Shown here one piece after another: positions 26,576 to 33,613 of a DNA stretch of 33,613 nt (position 1 is its first letter; each line of letters begins with the position of its first letter). Where the stretch lies: positions 1 to 33,613 of the IMG/VR virus record IMGVR_UViG_3300011335_000039; one strand, given 5' to 3'. Position numbers and translations under genes: made by a program. The DNA is from a virus (lineage: Duplodnaviria > Caudoviricetes). The notes beneath the pieces were generated by a model. That model worked only from the letters and a program-made list of their open reading frames with translations. It was not told the origin of the DNA and ran no database searches.

Positions 26576-26800
26576 ATGCTTAAACAGAATTGTAAGGCTT
26601 GTGTTTACTTTAATGACATAGGCGATATGGGGCAATGCAGACGCTACCCCACATTCCAAAACCGTCACTACACAGAGTGGTGCGGTGAATATGAGTTAGT
26701 TGCCATCGTCCCAACGGAGGATGTTACACCCGTCCCAGAGGCGGGTGCTTTTTCTGAGCCGCCAAAGAAACGTGGCAGACCAGCAAAGGATGCAAAATGA
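26576..26800 (+). CDS. Four-Cys protein with an AT-hook-like tail
   Basis: CKAC...GQCRRYP...WCGEY...KKRGRP; AAGGAG SD. Confidence 0.65.
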   Translation: MLKQNCKACVYFNDIGDMGQCRRYPTFQNRHYTEWCGEYELVAIVPTEDVTPVPEAGAFSEPPKKRGRPAKDAK

Positions 26801-27078
26801 ATTTGCAACCACTTAAAGACAAGATTTTGGTGCGCCCTGAACAACGCATTCAAAGCACAATTTACTTTCAATCAGCAGAAGCTGAGAGCCGCGGGACGGT
26901 AATGGCGGTAGGCCCAGAAGCCCAAGCGGAAGGTTTAAATGTTGGCGACAAGATTGCATTCGGTACATTCCACAAAGACTACAAAGACGAATATTTGAAG
27001 TTTGAGGAAATCAAACACGATGACCAGCGCTTACTCAAAATGAGTTGGCAAGATGTATGTTTCGTAATTGAGGAGTAA
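26797..27078 (+). CDS. groES: Co-chaperonin GroES (Cpn10)
   Basis: LQPLKDKILV, G.V.AVGP, L.VGD.I.F and DV..VIE motifs. Confidence 0.88.
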   Translation: MNLQPLKDKILVRPEQRIQSTIYFQSAEAESRGTVMAVGPEAQAEGLNVGDKIAFGTFHKDYKDEYLKFEEIKHDDQRLLKMSWQDVCFVIEE

Positions 27079-27080
27079 AC

Positions 27081-27245
27081 ATGGCGACTAAACCCGGCTT
27101 GTATGCCAACATCCACAAAAAGCAAGAGCGCATAGAACGCCAGAAGGCAGAGGGTAAACCCGTAGAGCGCATGAGAACGCCCGGCTCTAAGGGCGCACCT
27201 ACTGCCGAAGCATTTAAACAATCTGCTAAGACTGCCAAAAAATGA
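27081..27245 (+). CDS. Small basic phage protein (GLYANIH...KGAPT..AFK.SAKT)
   Basis: 54 aa; GGAG SD; missed by the ORF track. Confidence 0.72.
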   Translation: MATKPGLYANIHKKQERIERQKAEGKPVERMRTPGSKGAPTAEAFKQSAKTAKK

Positions 27246-27391
27246 AAGAACAACTAGAAGCCCGAATTGCTGACCTTGAGAAGCAAAAAGAACAAATGTT
27301 GGCTAACTTTCACGCCATTTCAGGCGCTATTGCCGAAAATGAAGCATGGTTACGTCAGCTTGCGGTTGAAAAACCCGCTGAAACCGAGTAA
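27242..27391 (+). CDS. Small coiled-coil protein (49 aa)
   Basis: ATGA coupled; MKEQLEARIADLEKQKEQ...GAI.E. Confidence 0.65.
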   Translation: MKEQLEARIADLEKQKEQMLANFHAISGAIAENEAWLRQLAVEKPAETE

Positions 27392-27394
27392 ATT
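27366..27394 (+). promoter_or_regulatory. Putative sigma70 promoter giving a near-leaderless mRNA
   Basis: TTGAAA-17-TAAATT ends 9 nt before ATG 27404, which lacks an SD. Confidence 0.45.
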
Positions 27395-27403
27395 ATTGGC
27401 ACT

Positions 27404-28429
27404 ATGCCAACACTAGCCGACATTTACAGCCTAATTGACTCTACCAAGCGTAAGGGCGCTGATTTTGTCAAAAACCCCGGTGCAAGCCTACAGCAAATGG
27501 CTGGCTTTGGGATCGATAAAGCAAATGCGGCTAGGGATCAACTTTACCAAGCAACTGAGGCAGAAGGCATAGGGTACGGCCCAAAAACTCAGCAGATAGC
27601 CAAACAAATGGCTGAGTCTTACAACCCAATGGGAATTCTTGCGCCAAAAAGGTTTATAGGTAAACCCTTGGAAGGTATGCCAACTGCTGTTGATGTAGGC
27701 GGCAAATTAGAGCAATTTGGAACTGATCAACGGTTGGTTGACATTGCAAAAGGCTATATGGCTGACAAAGGCTTTGTTTATCAACCTTTAACAAAATACG
27801 CCCAGATTGATCCCACTCGCGCAAATAAGTTAGCCGAGGCTTATCAGGTGATGGAAAACAATCCTAATGATCCTAGAGTCAAAAAAGCCTATGGTGCTTT
27901 GATTGATGAAACAATGGCTCAATATGAGGCTTTAAGGAAAAAAGGCTATAAGTTTGATTTCATGCCTGAATCTGGTGACATATACGGCAATCCAAGAAAC
28001 GCCATCAATGACGTTATATTGAACAAAAAATTGTCAGTATTTCCAACTGAGCAGGGATTTGGTGGCCCATCAGCCTTGGAAGCAAGTCAAGCTAACCCAT
28101 TGCTAATGCGTGTGGGCGAAAAGTGGAACGGTAAAGAAGTAACAGCAAACGACATTTTCAGGGCTGTTCATGATGTGTTTGGTCATGCCAAGCATGGAGT
28201 GGGTTTTAGAGCCGCTGGTGAGGAAAACGCTTTCCAATCCCATGCAAGGATGTATTCACCCCAAGCGTTGCCAGCCGCAACATCAGAGACTAGGGGTCAA
28301 AATTCATGGGTTAACTTTGGCCCGTTTGGACAATTTAACCGTACAGCTAACCCTGCCATGACAGAATACGCAGAACAAAAAACTGGCTTATTGCCAGCAT
28401 GGGCATGGAAAGAAGGACTTGTTAAGTGA
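27404..28429 (+). CDS. Two-module protein with a C-terminal zincin-like HDxxGH...GEE domain
   Basis: NDIFRAVHDVFGH...GF...GEENA...H..MYS...ETRGQNSWVN. Confidence 0.6.
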   Translation: MPTLADIYSLIDSTKRKGADFVKNPGASLQQMAGFGIDKANAARDQLYQATEAEGIGYGPKTQQIAKQMAESYNPMGILAPKRFIGKPLEGMPTAVDVGGKLEQFGTDQRLVDIAKGYMADKGFVYQPLTKYAQIDPTRANKLAEAYQVMENNPNDPRVKKAYGALIDETMAQYEALRKKGYKFDFMPESGDIYGNPRNAINDVILNKKLSVFPTEQGFGGPSALEASQANPLLMRVGEKWNGKEVTANDIFRAVHDVFGHAKHGVGFRAAGEENAFQSHARMYSPQALPAATSETRGQNSWVNFGPFGQFNRTANPAMTEYAEQKTGLLPAWAWKEGLVK

Positions 28430-28779
28430 TAGAGCAAATATTTATTGCAGTTACTGAATTGATTGCAATATGGTTAATTCAGGATAAAAGAACAGAATTT
28501 CGCAAGTGGGCTTGCATTTTTGGGCTTTTAGGACAACCATTTTGGTTTTATGCTTCATACGAAGCAAACCAATGGGGCGCATTTACGCTATGTTTTTTCT
28601 TTACCGCGGCATGGTGTAAGAGCCTGAAAGACTATTGGCTAACTAAACAAGCTGGAATGACTAATCAAGACTATTACGAATTGATCACAGAAGCTGTTGA
28701 CAAGCTGTCCAGCACATCAAAGCTAGATTACAAAGATTACATACACAGAGTTCTAAAAGAAGCATTAAAAATCAAATGA
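28426..28779 (+). CDS. Small multi-TM membrane protein (PnuC-half/PQ-loop-like)
   Basis: Three hydrophobic segments; GLLGQPFW...QWG; overlaps both neighbours. Confidence 0.6.
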   Translation: MIEQIFIAVTELIAIWLIQDKRTEFRKWACIFGLLGQPFWFYASYEANQWGAFTLCFFFTAAWCKSLKDYWLTKQAGMTNQDYYELITEAVDKLSSTSKLDYKDYIHRVLKEALKIK

Positions 28780-29189
28780 CCGAAACAACCGAAAAACGCC
28801 CCGTTGGTCGCCCTACCCTCTACGATCCTAAATATTGTGAGGAAGTGATTACTTTGGGCAGAATCGGCAAAAGCGTTGAACAAATAGCATCAATCCTTAA
28901 CGTATCCTTACGCACAATGTATCTTTGGCGTGATACTTACGAAGAATTTATGCACGCCTTGGACGATGCCAAGACTTATGAGCAAGCATGGTGGGAAGAA
29001 CAAGCCGCGGCTTACATGGTTGAGAACAAAGAAAGTGACCGACTAAACCCAACATTGTGGTCACGGTCTATGGCGGCAAGATTCCCCAAAAAGTACCGTG
29101 AAAGCACAAAGACTGAAATCACGGGTGCTGACGGTACGCCATTCCTGACGGGCATTCAGGTCAGCTTTGTGAAACCTGATGACATCTAA
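28776..29189 (+). CDS. terS: Terminase small subunit
   Basis: GRPT.Y, HTH (IA..LNVS.RT.Y.W), EF..A and EITGADG motifs; upstream of terL. Confidence 0.85.
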   Translation: MTETTEKRPVGRPTLYDPKYCEEVITLGRIGKSVEQIASILNVSLRTMYLWRDTYEEFMHALDDAKTYEQAWWEEQAAAYMVENKESDRLNPTLWSRSMAARFPKKYRESTKTEITGADGTPFLTGIQVSFVKPDDI

Positions 29190-29309
29190 GACGCATGGGA
29201 CAGCCCATTCGTGTTGGAATGTTAAGCCAGCGTTCAAGGATGTTGATGTGCGCCTTTTTCTGGCTTTCCAGCGCACCTAGCCAAAAACCGAATTGAGTTC
29301 CAACAACCT

Positions 29310-30593
29310 ATGTCTGATGTAACCCAAGCAATTGCAAAGGCAGAATTCCCATTAAAGCTGGAATGCCTGTTTAAGTCATCACGTTATAAAGTCCTGTACG
29401 GTGGACGCGGTGGCGCTAAGTCATGGGGGGTTGCTAGGGCTTTGCTGATTAAAGGCGCTCAAGCCCCGTTAAGAGTGCTTTGCGCCCGTGAATTCCAGAC
29501 TTCTATCAAAGACTCAGTTCACAAGTTATTGTGTGACCAGATTGAGGCTTTAGGCTTGCTTGGTTTCTATGAAATTACCCAGACAAGCATTAGGGGTAAG
29601 AACGGCACAGAGTTCAGCTTTGTGGGTCTAAAGAACAATGTGGCTAACGTCAAGTCCTATGAGGGTGTTGATGTGTGTTGGGTAGAAGAAGCGCAGACAA
29701 CCAGCCGTATGTCATGGAACGTGCTGATCCCTACCATTCGCAAGGAAAAGTCTGAAATCTGGATTACGTTTAACCCTGAGTTAGAGACTGATGAGACTTA
29801 CCAGCGGTTTGTGCAAAACCCGCCTGAGAACTGCATTGTTCAAAAAGTCAACTGGTCAGACAACCCTTGGTTTCCCGAAACACTGAAACTTGAGAAAGAT
29901 GCGCTTAAACACCGTGATCCACAGGCTTATAACGTGGTTTGGGAAGGTTTATGCAGACAGACGGTAGATGGGGCTATCTTTGCCAGAGAAATGCAACTGG
30001 CTGAGTTAGATGGGCGCATCACAAAGGTCAACTATGACCCTACAAAACCCGTTCACGCCATCTTTGACCTTGGTTGGTCTGATGCTACGGCAATTTGGTT
30101 CTTACAGTTCATAGGCATGGAAACCCGCTTGATTCGCTACATTGAGGGCAATCAGCAGACCATGAGCGACTACCTAGCCAAGATGCAGACCTTTGGCTAT
30201 ATGTATGACACGCTTTGGCTACCGCACGATGCTGAGAACAAGACGCTGGCGGCAAATGGCAGAAGCATTGAGGAAATTGTGAGAGCCGCGGGTTATAAAA
30301 CCAAAATAATCCCTAGAACGCCCATCATGGATTCAATCAACGCGGCTAGAACATTGTTTACAAATATGTGGTTTGACCGTGATAACTGTCACGAGGGCTT
30401 GCAATGTCTCAGGCATTACCGTTACGATGTTGACCCAGACACTAAGCAATTCAGCAAAACGCCTTTGCACGACAATTATTCGCATGGCGCTGATGCGTTT
30501 AGGTATATTGGTCTGATGGTCAATGAGCCTAGACAAGCCAGAAAGCCCAGACCTACCGCAAATTATGGTAGCCAACACTCATGGATGAGTTAA
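29310..30593 (+). CDS. terL: Terminase large subunit (PBSX-like)
   Basis: GGRGGAKS (Walker A), WVEEA (Walker B), TFNP, DLGWSD, LPHDA and HGADAFRY motifs. Confidence 0.96.
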   Translation: MSDVTQAIAKAEFPLKLECLFKSSRYKVLYGGRGGAKSWGVARALLIKGAQAPLRVLCAREFQTSIKDSVHKLLCDQIEALGLLGFYEITQTSIRGKNGTEFSFVGLKNNVANVKSYEGVDVCWVEEAQTTSRMSWNVLIPTIRKEKSEIWITFNPELETDETYQRFVQNPPENCIVQKVNWSDNPWFPETLKLEKDALKHRDPQAYNVVWEGLCRQTVDGAIFAREMQLAELDGRITKVNYDPTKPVHAIFDLGWSDATAIWFLQFIGMETRLIRYIEGNQQTMSDYLAKMQTFGYMYDTLWLPHDAENKTLAANGRSIEEIVRAAGYKTKIIPRTPIMDSINAARTLFTNMWFDRDNCHEGLQCLRHYRYDVDPDTKQFSKTPLHDNYSHGADAFRYIGLMVNEPRQARKPRPTANYGSQHSWMS

Positions 30594-30622
30594 AATGGCT
30601 CAAAATCACTTAGGGCAACATC

Positions 30623-32704
30623 ATGGCTGATGATTACGACTCACGAATCCAAGAGGCAATAGAGTTTCTCAAGTTTGCTAACGATGCAGACACGATGAAC
30701 CGTCAGGAAGCGCTTGAGGATTTGAAGTTTGGCGCTGGTGATCAATGGCCTGTTGAATTGCAAAACTCCCGCAATCTTGAGTCCCGCCCCGTCATTACGG
30801 TGAATAAGGTGGACAACTATTGCCGCCAAGTCTCAAACCAACAACGCCAACAACGCCCCCGCATCAAAGTTCATGCCACAAATACGCATGAGGATATGGT
30901 GGACGCACAGACAATTAGCGGCATTATTCGTCACATTGAAGTCAATTCCAACGCTGACCACTCTTATGACAATGCGTTTGAATACGCTGTTCGCATGGGC
31001 TGGGGCTACATTCGCGTCAGAACTGACTACATTTCAGAGGATTCCTTTGATCAGGAAATCTACATTGACCCTGTAGATAACCCATTCACGGTTTACTTTG
31101 ACCCTAATTCTGTGTTGCCTGATGGCTCTGACGCTGACCGTTGCTTAATTACAACAATGATGCTGAAAGAGGAATTCCGCAAGTTGTACCCAGATGCTGA
31201 TGACGGTGGCACAAGTTTCACCCAACGCGGCACAGGCGATTCACAGTCTGAGTGGATCACCAAAGAGGATATTCGTCTTGCTGAGTATTACTACACCGTC
31301 AGAGAAAAAGCGACTTTGTATCTTTTGAGCGATGGTTCAGCCACATTTGCTGATGACAAAGACTTTTTCCAGCGCCTTGACAATTATGGAATCACGGTGA
31401 TTGACAAACGTGATTCATTCAAGAAAACCATTAAATACTGCAAAATGACCGCGGTTGAGGTTCTTGAGGAACGCGATTGGGCTGGCAAATACATCCCAAT
31501 TGTTCCCGTGTACGGCAGACACATTGTCATTGGTGACAAGCGCAAAAAGTTTGGCATGATTCGCTATGCCAAAGACCCACAAAGGATGTATAACTTTTGG
31601 CAAACCGCCATTACTGAAGGTGTTGCATTAGCACCCAAGGCTAAATGGTTGCTGGCTGAAGGTCAGGACGAAGGGCATGAAAGCGATTGGGCAAATGCCA
31701 ACATTAAGTCATTCCCTGTGTTGCGTTACAAACAGACAGACATTGACGGTCGCCCTGCGCCAGTTCCCACACGACTACAGCCAGAGCCGCCACAGGCGGG
31801 AATTATGGCCGCGGCTATGGGTGTGGACAACGACATTAAAAACATCATGGGTGTGTTTGACCCTGCACAGCTTGGTCAAGGCAACATTTCAGGCAAAGCA
31901 TTAAATGGTCAGCAACAACAAGTTGACCTTACAAACTTTGACTATTACGACAACCTTACACGTTCAATTTCCCACATTGGCAAAATTTGCCTAGACCTTA
32001 TCCCTAAGATTTACGACACAGAGCGTGTTATGCGAATCATTGGGGATGATGGCAAGCCAGAACTGTTGACAATTAACCAGCGGGATGCCGTGGGCAGGGT
32101 TCTGAACGACATTACGGTTGGTCAATATGATGTGGTGATGGAGACAGGCCCCGGCTATAACTCCAAGCGCCAAGAGGCTGTGGACAATATGCTTCCCCTG
32201 CTTTCAGCCGCACCAGAACTTATGCAAGTGGCGGGTGATTTGGTGTTTAGGAACATGGATTGGCCCGGTGCGGACATCATTGCTGACCGCCTTGCCGCGG
32301 CTAACCCAATGGCTCAGATTGACGATAAATCTAAGATTCCTCCGCAAGTCCAAATGCAACTGGCTATGTCGCAGAAGCAAATTCAGGAACTTACACAGGC
32401 GGTTCAGGCTAGAGATTTGATGCTGAAAAACCGCATGGACGTTGAGCAATTGCGTCAAGATGGCGAAACTAAGCGCACCCTGATGAAAGAGACAGGCAGA
32501 GCAAATGAAGCTGAAGTTCGTGAACAAAGTGACCGCGCTGAAATGCAACTGCGTGTGGACGGTCAGGCACACGATACAGTCATCAAAACACAGACACAGC
32601 TTGAGATTGAGCGCATGAAGGCTGAAATTGCTATGTTGTTGGCTCAAATGGACAGAAGTACGTTAAATAATGCTAGTGCAGAAACAACAGAACGGGCTAT
32701 TTAA
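30623..32704 (+). CDS. Portal protein, P22-like
   Basis: 693 aa. GDQW, RP..T.N, KDPQR.YN, SGKA and D...G.YDV....GP...SKRQ motifs. Confidence 0.92.
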   Translation: MADDYDSRIQEAIEFLKFANDADTMNRQEALEDLKFGAGDQWPVELQNSRNLESRPVITVNKVDNYCRQVSNQQRQQRPRIKVHATNTHEDMVDAQTISGIIRHIEVNSNADHSYDNAFEYAVRMGWGYIRVRTDYISEDSFDQEIYIDPVDNPFTVYFDPNSVLPDGSDADRCLITTMMLKEEFRKLYPDADDGGTSFTQRGTGDSQSEWITKEDIRLAEYYYTVREKATLYLLSDGSATFADDKDFFQRLDNYGITVIDKRDSFKKTIKYCKMTAVEVLEERDWAGKYIPIVPVYGRHIVIGDKRKKFGMIRYAKDPQRMYNFWQTAITEGVALAPKAKWLLAEGQDEGHESDWANANIKSFPVLRYKQTDIDGRPAPVPTRLQPEPPQAGIMAAAMGVDNDIKNIMGVFDPAQLGQGNISGKALNGQQQQVDLTNFDYYDNLTRSISHIGKICLDLIPKIYDTERVMRIIGDDGKPELLTINQRDAVGRVLNDITVGQYDVVMETGPGYNSKRQEAVDNMLPLLSAAPELMQVAGDLVFRNMDWPGADIIADRLAAANPMAQIDDKSKIPPQVQMQLAMSQKQIQELTQAVQARDLMLKNRMDVEQLRQDGETKRTLMKETGRANEAEVREQSDRAEMQLRVDGQAHDTVIKTQTQLEIERMKAEIAMLLAQMDRSTLNNASAETTERAI

Positions 32705-32713
32705 GGAGTCAAT

Positions 32714-32914
32714 ATGCCAACAGTAATAGGCGCAAACAAAGCCAAATTTGATAACGAATTCATGGAAAAACGTAATCAAATGAACAAAGAAAAACCTAAA
32801 GATGAGCAATTTGAGCGTGTCAAAAATCATCCCAAATATGCCAAGTTAAAAATGTCTTTGGGTAAAAAAGGCGCTATGGATGCAATCCTTAAAGAATTAA
32901 ATGATGCACAGTAA
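32714..32914 (+). CDS. Small basic hypothetical protein
   Basis: 66 aa; AAGGAG SD; between portal and scaffold. Confidence 0.65.
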   Translation: MPTVIGANKAKFDNEFMEKRNQMNKEKPKDEQFERVKNHPKYAKLKMSLGKKGAMDAILKELNDAQ

Positions 32915-32994
32915 TTGACGCATCAATAAGTTATGTGGTAAAAACCACTAAACCTTACCCGTGAGGCACATGGGGTTAAATCGTTGGGAAACGT

Positions 32995-33613
32995 ATGTCC
33001 GAAAAAGAAGCGGGTCAAGTATTGACCAGTGAGAATGCGGCAGAATTTTATGCAAACAGATTAGGTTTAGCTGAATCTCCAGCGGATACTGAGGCGGTTG
33101 AGGAAACTCCCGAGCCAGAATCCGAGGAATCACAGAGTGAACCGAAAGAGGCAGAAAAGGAAGCAAACCAAGAGGGTGAGCGTAAGCAAAATCCTAAACT
33201 TGAAAAGCGGTTTTCAGAGATAACCAAGCAACGTGAGGAAGCGCGAAAAGAAGCGCAGAACGAGCGTCAAGCTAGGATAGAACTAGAACAGCGTTTGGCG
33301 GCAATGGAACAGCAAAGACAGCCTCAACAGCAGTCTTATGTTGATTCAGAACCACAACCAAGCCAGTTCAACGATGCGTTTGAGTATGCGAAGGCTCTAG
33401 CTGAGTTTTCAACAGAAAAAGCGTTAGCTGAACGGGATAGGCAAGTTGCACAGCAGAGAGAACAGGAAGCGCAACAAAAGATTATCCAATCTTGGGCGCA
33501 GAAGGTTCAGGAAGCGAAGGCAGAACTGCCCGATTTTGATGATTTGGTCGCATCTAGTGACGTAGTTGTAAACAACGCAGTCAGGGATGCAATTCTGGAG
33601 AGTGATGTGGGGC
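32995..33613 (+). CDS. Capsid scaffolding protein, 5' part (joins 1..411 across the circular junction; about 300 aa in total)
   Basis: ATG at 32995 (MSEKEAGQVLTSENAAEFYANRLG...). Acidic, coiled-coil-like, with KRFSEITKQR. Lies between portal and coat. In frame with position 1. Missed by the ORF track. Confidence 0.85.
   Translation, partial: MSEKEAGQVLTSENAAEFYANRLGLAESPADTEAVEETPEPESEESQSEPKEAEKEANQEGERKQNPKLEKRFSEITKQREEARKEAQNERQARIELEQRLAAMEQQRQPQQQSYVDSEPQPSQFNDAFEYAKALAEFSTEKALAERDRQVAQQREQEAQQKIIQSWAQKVQEAKAELPDFDDLVASSDVVVNNAVRDAILESDVG
33487..33613. repeat. Terminal direct repeat, copy 2
   Basis: Exact match to 1-127. Confidence 0.97.

Noticed and set aside
29212-29305. Pistol ribozyme assignment (UUAAG..GCG and a G-U between helices look similar)
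   Set aside because: The pseudoknot hairpin is nested in a different topology and the spacing does not match. Kept only as an unassigned structured RNA.
29179-29312. Frameshift fusion of the uORF to terL at CCTTTTT
   Set aside because: The terL frame has a TGA stop at ~29294, before the terL ATG.
32714-32780. Similarity between the N-terminus of the 66-aa ORF and the scaffold N-terminus
   Set aside because: Too weak to support by eye (TVIGANKAKF vs VLTSENAAEF).
33487-33613. 127-bp terminal repeat as a biological DTR or att site
   Set aside because: It falls mid-gene, and its length equals a common assembler k-mer. It is best explained as circular overlap.
1-33613. tRNA/tmRNA genes, integrase and alternative genetic code
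   Set aside because: No cloverleaf with a T-loop consensus was seen in the gaps, no recombinase motifs were found, and genes are intact under the standard code with all three stop codons in use.

Overview
The window is an apparently complete, circularly permuted genome of a small tailed phage. It has 33,486 unique bp, and bases 1-127 repeat exactly at 33487-33613, which looks like an assembly overlap. The virion module is P22-like (podovirus): terS, terL, portal, scaffold, coat, a cluster of Ser/Thr/Gly-rich decoration and fiber genes, gp4- and gp10-like tail proteins, three ejection proteins (one with an M15 peptidase domain) and a GH24 lysis cassette. The early region has a lambdoid divergent layout. 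The leftward arm carries ERF, a YqaJ exonuclease and an SSB-like gene. The rightward arm carries Cro, a DUF1376 replication protein, a VRR-NUC-like nuclease, NinB and GroES. I found no integrase, CI-type repressor, DNA polymerase, tRNA or CRISPR array. Most notable observations: (1) a pseudoknotted structured-RNA candidate between terS and terL, plus other structured intergenic elements; (2) a TAGT/GREB1-like glycosyltransferase with no TET or hydroxymethylase partner; (3) a modular zincin-like protein coupled to a membrane protein just before terS; (4) duplicated promoter-leader cassettes sharing an operator-like motif with a leaderless cro; (5) apparent avoidance of GCWGC, CCWGG and GGWCC; (6) matched 29-aa duplications on both sides of an ejection-protein core. 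All family assignments come from motif recognition by eye, not database searches.
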